Shown in pieces: positions 9,762-19,103 of a DNA stretch of 48,128 bases. The DNA comes from Amoeboaphelidium occidentale (lineage: Eukaryota): assembly GCA_023515795.1 (NCBI GenBank), contig JALGPX010000102.1, positions 1-48,128 on the forward strand, given 5' to 3'. Both the position numbers and the translations under genes were made by a program. Each line of letters starts with the position of its first letter. Positions within the stretch are counted from its first letter, which is position 1. The notes beneath the pieces were generated by a model. That model did no database searches and was not told the origin of the DNA. It saw only the letters and a list, made by a program, of their open reading frames with translations.

Positions 9762-11615
9762 CTAATAATCTTTATCCATAACAATTACATCTAATTGCAT
9801 GCCCATTTCCATGTGGTACGGAATGTGGCAGTGGAGAGGCCAGATGCCAGGGTTTGTAGTTTGAAATCGTATGATTGTGAAACCGCATGCATCGTGTGGT
9901 TTCAATTTAGTATTGTAGTAGTTTGGATAGACTGTAGTTGTGTCTCTGAACAACAGTGGTCTAGGTGATCTTCTTATCAACTTTGATATTTCTTTGGGAG
10001 AATAATCACTGTAATTGCCTCTTGCTCCTGCAACCAACTCATGAAAATGATAGCCATGTAAATGCCATGGATGTTGTTCACATTTACCATTCAAAGCAGC
10101 AGTGTTTTGAAGGATAATATCGACAATCTTGTTCTTTTTGAACAGAACAGATAGAAACTGTTTTTCATCTCTTGGAGCGGATAAATAATTATTTTGTCTT
10201 TTGAATTCTTCTAAAAGTGTTCGAGAATCTTGTAACTGTGAAGGTCTGTGCATTGATGCTATGCTGTTGACTGTCCATGTCATAAAAGTAGTATCATTGC
10301 TGCTATTATCCTTAAAGTTTAAAGAAGAAGAAGAAGCATGTAATCGTTCTTGTTTTCCAGTTATGATTATAGTGTAATCTGCTTTGTCATTTGCAGTAAT
10401 GCTTGCTGCAACCGGAATCTTTGGGTTGTTGTAATATGAAGTCTCTCTGGTTCTCAGATCAGACAGTATCCAACCAGGTTTGCTCTTTTTGATAGTTTGC
10501 AGAACAGGCGGATAACCAATTGATGGTTCTACATCTACTAAAGTATTGAAATTTGTATACATTAGTAGAGCATATGTAGTTGGTCCTGCTCTCCATCGAG
10601 GTTCTACGGAAATCTTGTAAAGATTAGGATCTTGATTTGCTTTCAATAGAACAGAATATCTCTGGCCAGAATTAATTTCTAATTCTTCCACATCAAAAGG
10701 TTCAGTGTAATAACCATCAGCTTCAATTATAGTTAGTTTGTGGTTTGGAATACGAAATGAGAAGTAAGTGAGTGTTGAAGCTGCTACCAAACGCAAACGA
10801 TAAGTCTTGCCAGGATCAACGTATAATCTCTCAAAAGAACAATCTGAAGTATCAGATTGTTCTAGAGCGCAGCTACACTTGGCTAAACGTTCCTGTTGGA
10901 GAGAGTCTGATACATTTCCATAATTACCAAAACAATCGAATTTCCCCTTGCCATTCACCAACAAACTTTGTGGATTTCCAGGCCATTTCCATTCCGGTAG
11001 AGGTTTCATTAGATTCTGTCGTGTTATATCGTCTTCTTGATGATACCAGTCAGAAAGTATCAGTGTGCGTTCCTCGTCGTAATGATACGCGTTGTTTGCT
11101 TTAGCTTCGTGCTGCTCTTCCTCATCGCTGACAATTAGAGCACCATAAGCAGTCGTCTGTAAACTGTAATGAGAATGATACCAATACGTTCCTGGTGCAG
11201 CTGTTACTTTGAAGAACATTCTGTACTCTTGCAGTGGACCAATGGGTAATTGCGAGACATAAGGAACACCATCGTACTCTGGTGTGCTCTCCATATGAAA
11301 TCCATGTAGATGAAGCGTAGTACTCTCAGAGTCCATATTGTTTATAATAGTTAAATTGAGCCAAGAATTCCTTCTAATTCTAATCTCTGGACCAGGAAAC
11401 ATGCCATTAATCACTTGGGAACGTCTCTGAAAACCATCAGCACTAATAACACCATAGGAAATGGTCAAATTAACACTCACAACGGGTGCTGCATTAGGTA
11501 ACGGAGAAGAAAGAATAGGGCTTAAGCATAGAGAAAGTAAAAAGAGATAACAAAAGCTGTTCATGATCATGATGCTGACAAAAGAACCCAAAACTAGGAC
11601 TTCTTTCGAGTTCAT
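9762..11615 (-). CDS. Secreted multicopper oxidase (laccase/ascorbate-oxidase-like)
   Basis: Copper ligand motifs HLHG, WYHSH, HPWHLHG, HCHIPYHMEMGM; signal peptide (alternative start MNSFCYL at 11564). Confidence 0.95.
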   Translation of the reverse strand: MNSKEVLVLGSFVSIMIMNSFCYLFLLSLCLSPILSSPLPNAAPVVSVNLTISYGVISADGFQRRSQVINGMFPGPEIRIRRNSWLNLTIINNMDSESTTLHLHGFHMESTPEYDGVPYVSQLPIGPLQEYRMFFKVTAAPGTYWYHSHYSLQTTAYGALIVSDEEEQHEAKANNAYHYDEERTLILSDWYHQEDDITRQNLMKPLPEWKWPGNPQSLLVNGKGKFDCFGNYGNVSDSLQQERLAKCSCALEQSDTSDCSFERLYVDPGKTYRLRLVAASTLTYFSFRIPNHKLTIIEADGYYTEPFDVEELEINSGQRYSVLLKANQDPNLYKISVEPRWRAGPTTYALLMYTNFNTLVDVEPSIGYPPVLQTIKKSKPGWILSDLRTRETSYYNNPKIPVAASITANDKADYTIIITGKQERLHASSSSLNFKDNSSNDTTFMTWTVNSIASMHRPSQLQDSRTLLEEFKRQNNYLSAPRDEKQFLSVLFKKNKIVDIILQNTAALNGKCEQHPWHLHGYHFHELVAGARGNYSDYSPKEISKLIRRSPRPLLFRDTTTVYPNYYNTKLKPHDACGFTIIRFQTTNPGIWPLHCHIPYHMEMGMQLDVIVMDKDY

Positions 11616-11711
11616 TTGAAGATTTGAAATTCCTTAAATTCAGGCGATTTTTAAGCAGTTTCATACCAGGTTGTACTTAAATGTAGAGGTTTCAATAGCT
11701 TTGAATGATAT

Positions 11712-12273
11712 TTATTCGTCAATTAACATTTCCTGCTCACCAGCTTGGAAAAGCATGTCGACCATCTCTTCGTCCTCCTCCAGAGCCTTTAGAGCCCACT
11801 CTTCTTCCGTTGTGCCTTCTGCTTTCGTTTCAGCTAAACCGAAATCGCTAACCCGAACTTGTCCGTTTTCGTCAACCAGCAAGTTTCTTTTTGCGACATC
11901 ATTATGTATGATGCCGATATGATGAAGCTCCTCAAACAAAGCCCTAATCTCATTCTCATATGGCGTGGCATCTTTCCCCTCCAACGACGAACCGCAATCT
12001 TCCAATTCCAGAATCAAATACATTCCATTAGCACAGTAGCAGCCACGAAACTCTGGTGCAATTTTTGTGGTGCTACTGTCCAATAGTCGGTATACTTGGA
12101 GTTCCCGGTCAAAGCGTTCGCGATACCCTTTTTCTTTGTAACTGAATATTTTGTAGACTGACTGCTTTTCAGGAAAGCGAAGACTCTTCCCTTTCATAAT
12201 ATTCCGATGAGATCTGAAAGAACCAGAAACATCAAACTTGATATCACTAAGCAGAATGTCTCCCACCACAAAC
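11712..12273 (-). CDS. Crinkler-type (REase-associated) protein kinase, C-terminal part; 5' end lost in gap
   Basis: YKIF...ELQVY, HNDVAKRN, DFG; aligns by eye with the kinase half of 44455-45858. Confidence 0.8.
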
Positions 12274-12274
12274 N

Positions 12275-13339
12275 AAAGCCACCGAGGAATCATTAAGAGA
12301 ACAAAACAAAGAGTTCAAATACAAAATGTCAAGAAAAAAGAAGAAAGATGTACGGCAAATTTTCAGCTTCTACCCAGGAGGCGCCTAGGCGATTCGATGC
12401 GTCCAATCCACCAGCACCAGAAACGGTACAAAAAAGAACAACTTTGGCTTAAAACTTCCTTTCGATGCACTAGTACAGCCTTTGAAGGTCACATCAGAGT
12501 CTGAGTTTAAGCAAGCAAAATCCATCATGGAAGATGAAAACGATAAAAAAGAATCCAATGAATACAAGAGACAAGTAGAAGTTGTTTGGGAGAAACCGGA
12601 CCAATACTACGTGTGCTTTCCTTACAACAAGACCAATCAAGAAAAAACTAAAGAAAATCATCTTACGGCTGCTGCTCTAGACCCCGGAGTTCGTACTTTT
12701 CAAACCGTGTACGACAGCTTCGGGGACTTCTTTGAGGCTGGTAAAGGTGACATCAGAAGAGTCGAGAGGCTGTGTCTCAAGTTGGATCGTCTGATTTCTA
12801 AAGCCACTGGGGTCAAAACCGGTCGCAAGAATCGGTACAAAAGAAGACGAATGAACGCGGCCATTCAGAGAGCACGACAACGTATTAAGAATTTGGTATC
12901 TGATTTTCATAGAAAACTAGCGCACGATCTCACAAGCCGTTACAATGCCATCTTGATTCCTACTTTTGATGTGAGTAAGATGGTCATTAAGAACAATCGC
13001 AAGATCAATTCGAAACCTGCGAGGAATATGCTGAATTGGTCTCATTACAAGTTTAAACAAAAACTTCTTCAAAAAGCAGAGGAAAATCCAAACTGCGAAG
13101 TTCATGTTGTCACCGAGGAATACACTTCAACAGCATGTGGAATTTGTGGGAGACTCAACCACAAACTAGGAGGAAACAAAAAGTTCAATTGTACACACTG
13201 CGGTTTCAAGTTCGATCGAGATATGAATGCTGCTCGGAATATTATGATCAAGAATTTGGAATCAAGTGGATACAAACTCGTGAGCCTTCGGGCCTGTAGG
13301 CTACTACCAGTCGCAAGACCGCAGAACCGGTACTCTTAG
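12275..13339 (+). pseudogene. Fanzor2 / IS607 TnpB-like RNA-guided nuclease, copy A (5' truncated by gap; in-frame TAG at 12386-12388)
   Basis: RuvC-I ALDPGVRTF, ILIPTF with the catalytic Glu shifted to VTEEYTS, zinc finger CGICG...CTHCG, RuvC-III DRDMNAARNI; upstream FKYKMSRKKKKD is in the same frame across one stop. Confidence 0.92.
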
Positions 13340-13436
13340 GATTATCAGGTTAAAGTAGCAGGTATTTTTTATTTTTTTACTATCTAATTCTGAATGCTGC
13401 GCGTCGGCTTGACAAGCCGGCTTGCGGCAACCTTAG
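13340..13436 (+). ncRNA. Predicted omegaRNA scaffold 3' part / transposon right end, copy A
   Basis: Conserved in 3 copies up to ...CAACCTTAG, then flanks diverge; hairpin TGCTGC-GC-GTCGGCTT GAC AAGCCGGC-TT-GCGGCA; 5' boundary unknown, may overlap the ORF. Confidence 0.75.
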
Positions 13437-13718
13437 TGTAGACAGTCTGTCGATCAGAGGATCGGGGCATTCTGCGCCGAATAAACTCAATAACAGAATT
13501 CTTACGACAGATTTAAAAGTTTATTAGTGGTATGCCTTAAGAGATAATGGTCAGCCTGCGGTGATCAAACGCTGTTCTTGTGTTGCCCTCGCCTGTTTCA
13601 ACAAACCGTTGTTTCATCCCTTCGATTTTAGCCTTTTGCAATTTATCTAGCTAGAAACAATGGCAAATACTCCTGATCTATCAAAGCTAAAGAAGGCTGA
13701 ACTGCAGTGTAATATCAT
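13437..13718 (+). repeat. Duplicate (allelic) copy of 17857-18138: promoter and exon 1 of the SAP-domain gene
   Basis: Identical except tgtag/tgcag at the start; ends at N 13719. Confidence 0.9.
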
Positions 13719-13719
13719 N

Positions 13720-14901
13720 CTACCTCCAATGTTCCAGAGGAAGATCGAGCAAGCCGTCCATTGCTGTACGATGGAAACATTTGTTCAAGCAAAATTAAAG
13801 AAGAAACTATTCACAAACTGGTCTCCTCTATTAAAGCCACCGAGGAATCATTAAAAGCACAAAACAAAGCATTCAAATACAAAATGTCAAGAAAAAAGAA
13901 GAAAGATGTACGGTAAAGCTTCAGCTTCTACTCAGGAGGCGCCTACGCAATACGATGTGTTGAAACTACAAGTACTGTTAGAAATAATGCCGAAAAGAAA
14001 AACATTTGGCCTGAAACTTCCTTTTGATGCACTCAGAAAGCATCTTAAGCTCATATCAGAGTCTGAGTTTCAGCGAGCCAAATCAATCATAGAGAATGAA
14101 AAGAACAAACAAGGATCTGATGAATACAAGAGACAAGTATAAGTTGTTTGGGAGAAACCGGACCAATACTTCTTTTGTTTCCCACACACCAAAGCCAATC
14201 AAGAGAAGACTATAAATGATCATCCAAAGGCTGCTGCATTGGACCCTGGAGTTCGTACGTTTCAAACCGTGTACGACAGCTCCGGGAACTTCTTTGAGGC
14301 TGGTAAAGGTGACATAAGAAGAGTTGAAAGACTGTGTCTCAAGTTGGATCGTCTGATTTCTAAAGCCACTGGGGTCAAAACTTGTCGCAAGAATCGGTAC
14401 AAACGAAGAAGAATGAACGCGGCAATTCAGAGGGCTCGGCAGCGCGTCAAGAACTTGATATCTGATTTTCATGGAAAACTAGCGCATGATTTGACGGGCC
14501 GTTACAATGTCATCTTGATTCCTACTTTTGATGTGAGTAAGATGGTCATTAAAAACAATCGCAAGATCAATTCGAAAACTGCGAGGAATATGCTGAATTG
14601 GTCTCATTACAAGTTCAAACAAAAACTTCTTCAAAAAGCAGAGGAAAATCCAAACTGCGAAGTTCATGTTGTCACCGAGGAATACACTTCAACAGCATGT
14701 GGAATTTGTGGGAGACTCAACCACAAACTAGGAGGAAACAAAAAGTTCAATTGTACACACTGCGGTTTCAAGTTCGATCGAGATATGAATGCTGCTCGGA
14801 ATATTATGATCAAGAATTTGGAATCGAGTGGATACAAACTCGTGAGCCTTAGTGCCTGTAGGCTTCTACCAGTCGCAAGACCGCAGAACCGGTACTCTTA
14901 G
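13720..14901 (+). pseudogene. Fanzor2 copy B (5' truncated; two in-frame TAA and one frameshift)
   Basis: TSNVPEEDRASRPLLYDGNICSSKIKEETIHKLVSSIKATEESL...KDVR*; frameshift near 13995; KRQV* at 14140-14142; RuvC and Zn-finger motifs intact. Confidence 0.92.
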
Positions 14902-14996
14902 GATTATCAGGTTAAAGTATGCACGTAAGTTTTTTTTTACTATCTAATTCTGAATGCTGCGCGTCGGCTTGACAAGCCGGCTTGCGGCAACCTTAG
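14902..14996 (+). ncRNA. Predicted omegaRNA scaffold 3' part / right end, copy B
   Basis: Same hairpin and terminal CAACCTTAG, followed by a different flank (ATGTTACACTTG). Confidence 0.75.
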
Positions 14997-15060
14997 ATGT
15001 TACACTTGATTGTCCATTTCAAGATTATCTATTGATTGTGGTACCAAAAATGCTTCATAT

Positions 15061-16275
15061 TTACCATCCAACATTAATTGGTCTACGTGGACGACGTCTT
15101 AAAGTAGACTGTGGTGGTGATACAGGAGCAGGAGCTGAAACAGGTTCAGAATCAGAATCAGTTGGCTTTTCTTCTTCTTTATCTGCTTGTTGTTCCTTCT
15201 TTTCTGGAGGAGATTGCTTCTTTAAATTAGGTTTTCCATCTTCCAATTCTTCAATAATAGATTCCAACTTTCTCTTTAATCCATCGCTAGCAACTCCTTT
15301 CTTAACAGTTGTTAGTAACTGGACTTGGCATTTTTGATCACATTCTTCTGTTTCCTCTTCCTTCTTCTCGTCCTCTTGGTTGAACTCTTTTTCATTCCTC
15401 TCAATTGGCCTTGACACGGATACGCTGACACTGTTTGTGATGAACCTTCTTCTTTCCAAGAACATTTCACCCTTCAATTCTGGTTCGGTCTTCATAGCTT
15501 TTTTCAAAGAGTACATTAACTCCAAGCATTGTGCTTTCTGTTGCTTCTTGCGGTTATTGTTGGCTCTCTTTTGAAGTCTACGACGAGAAGGCCTAGTATA
15601 ATCATCAACGTCATCGTCTTCAGAGTCGTCCATCCATCTGTTTTCGTCTTCGTAATATTCACGAGATTTACTTTGTTCAGCAGCGCGACTTTCCTTGGCT
15701 AGTTTCGCTTTGGTTGCAGTCATCGATGGAGTACGGCCTTCGTATTCGTCGTCTTCCCAGTCTTCTTCGTCTTCATCATTTGGATTCCAGTCTTCATCAT
15801 CATCATCTTCTTCTTCGTCTTCATTTGGATTCCATTCTTCATCATCATCTTCTTCTTCGTCTTCAGAATCATCATTGCCTTCGGTTTTCCAGTCTTCATC
15901 GTCTTCGTATTCCCATTCGTCGTCTTCGTCGTCTTCAGCGGATTGTGGCGCAACAGACTTTAGCGAAGCAGAGTTATCTACAGATCGCGATTTCTTCCTT
16001 TCCAAAGCATCGGCATAAGAAACCTTTTGTGCAGAAGTTATATCAAGAACGTATTCCTTCTGATTTTTATCGTTATCACCTTCAGGTGCAGCCTTAATTT
16101 TCAATTGGTCACGCTTATCATAAGTCAACTCTTCTTCGCCAACAGGACAAATAACAACAGAGCCAACAGGATAACTCAACTCAGCACCAATAAATTTAAC
16201 CTCCAATTCAGTTTTACCACGCGCGTTAGCAACGGATAAGGCACCAAGAGCGAGAAGCACGACACTGCGCCACAT
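15061..16275 (-). CDS. Secreted acidic low-complexity protein with D/E-rich Trp repeats
   Basis: Signal peptide MWRSVVLLALGALSVANA; repeats such as EEEDDDEEWNPN/EEEDDDDEDWNPN; LQKR possible kexin site. Confidence 0.8.
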   Translation of the reverse strand: MWRSVVLLALGALSVANARGKTELEVKFIGAELSYPVGSVVICPVGEEELTYDKRDQLKIKAAPEGDNDKNQKEYVLDITSAQKVSYADALERKKSRSVDNSASLKSVAPQSAEDDEDDEWEYEDDEDWKTEGNDDSEDEEEDDDEEWNPNEDEEEDDDDEDWNPNDEDEEDWEDDEYEGRTPSMTATKAKLAKESRAAEQSKSREYYEDENRWMDDSEDDDVDDYTRPSRRRLQKRANNNRKKQQKAQCLELMYSLKKAMKTEPELKGEMFLERRRFITNSVSVSVSRPIERNEKEFNQEDEKKEEETEECDQKCQVQLLTTVKKGVASDGLKRKLESIIEELEDGKPNLKKQSPPEKKEQQADKEEEKPTDSDSEPVSAPAPVSPPQSTLRRRPRRPINVGW

Positions 16276-16408
16276 TTTCAATCAGATCACGAGGAAAATT
16301 TGGAAAAGACTTTGAAATACGAAAACTTTGTCAAATTAAATAGATTTTTAAGCAGTTTCATAACAGGTTGTACTTCAATGTAGAGGTTTCAATAGCGTTG
16401 AATGATAT

Positions 16409-16973
16409 TTATTCGTCAATTAACATTTCCTGCTCACCAGCTTGGAAAAGCATGTCGACCATCTCTTCGTCCTCCTCCAGAGCCTTTAGAGCCCACTCTT
16501 CTTCCGTTGTGCCTTCTTTCATCGTTTCAGCTAAACCGAAATCGCAAACCCGAACTTGTCCGTTTTCGTCAACCAGCAAGTTTCTTTTTGCGACATCATT
16601 ATGTATGATGCCGATATGATGAAGCTCCTCAAACAAAGCCCTAATCTCATTCTCATATGGCGTGGCATCTTTCCCCTCTAGAGAGGCACCACAATCTTCC
16701 AATTCCAGAATCAAATACATTCCATTAGCACAGTAGCAGCCACGAAACTCTGGTGCAATTTTTGTGGTGCTACTGTCCAATAGTCGGTATACTTGGAGTT
16801 CCCGGTCAAAGCGTTCGCGATACCCTTTTTCTTTGTAACTGAATATTTTGTAGACTGACTGCTTTTCAGGAAAGCGAAGACTCTTCCCTTTCATAATATT
16901 CCGATGAGATCTGAAAGAACCAGAAACATCAAACTTGATATCACTAAGCAGAATGTCTCCCACCACAAACTTG
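16409..16973 (-). CDS. Crinkler-type protein kinase, second copy (5' lost in gap)
   Basis: Near-identical to 11712-12273 but with substitutions (GAS/GSS, VCDFG/VSDFG, MKEG/KAEG). Confidence 0.8.
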
Positions 16974-16974
16974 N

Positions 16975-17759
16975 AAAGCAACTGGGGTCAAAACCGGTCG
17001 CAAGAATTGGTACAAAAGAAGACGAATGAACGCGGCCATTCAGAGAGCACGACAACGTATTAAGAATTTGGTATCTGATTTTCACGCCAAACTTGCGCAC
17101 GATCTCACAAGCCGTTACAATGTCATCTTGATTCCTACTTTTGATGTGAGTAAGATGGTCATTAAGAACAATCGCAAGATCAATTCGAAACCTGCGAGGA
17201 ATATGCTGAATTGGTCTCATTACAAGTTNGGGTCAAAACTTGTCGCAAGAATCGGTACAAAAGATGACGAATGAACGCGGCCATTCAGAGGGCACGACAA
17301 CGTATTAAGAATTTGGTATCTGATTTTCACGGCAAACTTGCAAATGATCTCACAAGCCGTTACAATGTCATCTTGATTCCTACCTTTGATGTTAGCAAGA
17401 TGGTTATCAAGAACAATCTCAAGATCAATTCGAAAACTGCGAGGAATATGCTGAATTGGTCTCATTACAAGTTTAAACAAAAACTTCTTCAAAAGGCAGA
17501 GGAGACTCCAAACTGTGCAGTCCATGTTGTCACCGAGGAATACACCTCAAAAGCATGTGGAATTTTTGGGAGACTCAACCACAAACTAGGAGGAAACAAA
17601 AAGTTCAATTGTACTCACTGCGGTTTCAAGTTCGATCGAGATATGAATGCTGCTCGGAATATTATGATCAAGAATTTGGAATCAAGTGGATACAAACTCG
17701 TGAGCCTTCGGGCCTGTAGGCTACTACCAGTCGCAAGACCGCAGAACCGGTACTCTTAG
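16975..17759 (+). pseudogene. Fanzor2 fragments (two overlapping contig pieces, 16975-17228 and 17230-17759)
   Basis: MNAAIQRARQRIKNLVSDFH...DRDMNAARNI; the second piece has CGIFG (a Zn ligand lost) and TGA just before MNAA. Confidence 0.88.
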
Positions 17760-17856
17760 GATTATCAGGTTAAAGTAGCAGGTATTTTTTATTTTTTTAC
17801 TATCTAATTCCGAATGCTGCGCGTCGGCTTGACAAGCCGGCTTGCGGCAACCTTAG
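17760..17856 (+). ncRNA. Predicted omegaRNA scaffold 3' part / right end, copy C
   Basis: Same as copy A with one SNP; ends CAACCTTAG. Confidence 0.75.
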
Positions 17857-18079
17857 TGCAGACAGTCTGTCGATCAGAGGATCGGGGCATTCTGCGCCGA
17901 ATAAACTCAATAACAGAATTCTTACGACAGATTTAAAAGTTTATTAGTGGTATGCCTTAAGAGATAATGGTCAGCCTGCGGTGATCAAACGCTGTTCTTG
18001 TGTTGCCCTCGCCTGTTTCAACAAACCGTTGTTTCATCCCTTCGATTTTAGCCTTTTGCAATTTATCTAGCTAGAAACA

Positions 18080-19067
18080 ATGGCAAATACTCCTGATCTA
18101 TCAAAGCTAAAGAAGGCTGAACTGCAGTGTAATATCATTTTGAAATCTTTAGCTTATGTTGCTGATGTGTAGATATCTCTGCTCATTTTGAATTGGCAAC
18201 CGATGGCACCAAGTCAGATTTGGAGTCAAGAATCCTTAATTATGCTGAGACTAAAGGGGGCATTTCTAAATTGAATGTTAAGGATGATAAGGTTGCTCAG
18301 TGGCTGAATGTATCAAAGTCAACTCCTGCTAAAACTGCTGAAAAAGAGGAAGCAACACCTCCAAAAACTTCATCAAGAACTTCAAAAGCAGCAAAGAAGA
18401 GTGCTACTGAAGAAGTCAAGAAGGCTGAGATCGACTGGCCAGCGCTTAAAGAACAAACTCTTGCTTTCTTGTCTGAGCTTCAGCAAAAGCTATCTTCTGT
18501 CTATACAGTAGTTGGTATCTTGTTATTGGCTGAATTCTTCTCTTTGGTCATGTCTCAAGTTGGTTGGCAGCGTCCTTTTTACGTTATCAGTATTAATGAT
18601 GTTTGTTCTTCTGTTTTGGGTGGAACTACCACAAACGCTTGCTTGAACTTACGCTCCATCACTACAAGATTTTTTGGCGGACCAGCTATTAAGTTGAGCT
18701 TGCCGAGTTTTGCTGGTTTCCTGAGCTATTCAGGATTTTGGAGCCCTTTGTTCAACTGGTTGGTCTACTTTGTACTAACCCCTGCTGCTGCTGGTTATTT
18801 TATCAAGATCCGTAATTCGAATGCGTTTATCAATGCAGTAAGTTTACTGAAGTCTGTTTGATCTAACTTTTATTTCAGTATGTGTTTTCCGTCTCAAGAT
18901 TGTTGGTTTTTATTGTTGCCTTGCTAAAGTACTCTGACAATGGCGAATTTTTTATCAGAAGCAGCAACAAGTACCTGAACGTGCTTTTCGACGAAGATCA
19001 TTTGCCTTTAAAGTTGTTTTTAACAACAACAGTGTTCGGTTTATTACTTGCTTTATACGAATCTTAA
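18080..19067 (+). CDS. SAP-domain membrane protein (possibly Gtt3-like)
   Basis: Spliced N-terminus MANTPDLSKLKKAELQYISAHFELATDGTKSDLESRILNY is SAP-like; introns 18129-18172 and 18838-18878; about 4 C-terminal TM segments. Confidence 0.75.
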
Positions 19068-19103
19068 TAGACTGAGATTGTCGCTTATATCTAAATCGTT
19101 AAC

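Larger units (their letters stand above)
11646..14996 (+). mobile_element. Putative composite kinase + Fanzor2 element, insertion 1 (gapped; contains a probably misplaced allele of insertion 2 at 12275-13718)
   Basis: Left boundary GATTTTTAAGCAGTTTCA shared with 16343; right end GCGGCAACCTTAG at 14996 shared with 13436 and 17856; flanks differ; kinase-Fanzor linkage is across N gaps. Confidence 0.6.
16343..17856 (+). mobile_element. Putative composite kinase + Fanzor2 element, insertion 2 (gapped)
   Basis: Same left boundary and right end as insertion 1, with unique flanks; N gaps at 16974 and 17229. Confidence 0.6.

Noticed and set aside
13660..13854. Apparent SAP-domain/Fanzor fusion ORF
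   Set aside because: The ORF crosses the N at 13719, reads into an intron and is out of frame with Fanzor; artefact
15380..16239. Several overlapping ORFs (poly-Ser, His/Leu-rich, Met/Lys-rich), and similar short ORFs opposite enolase, PWWP, GCN20, DLD2 and others
   Set aside because: Antisense or alternate-frame shadows of real genes and low-complexity repeats
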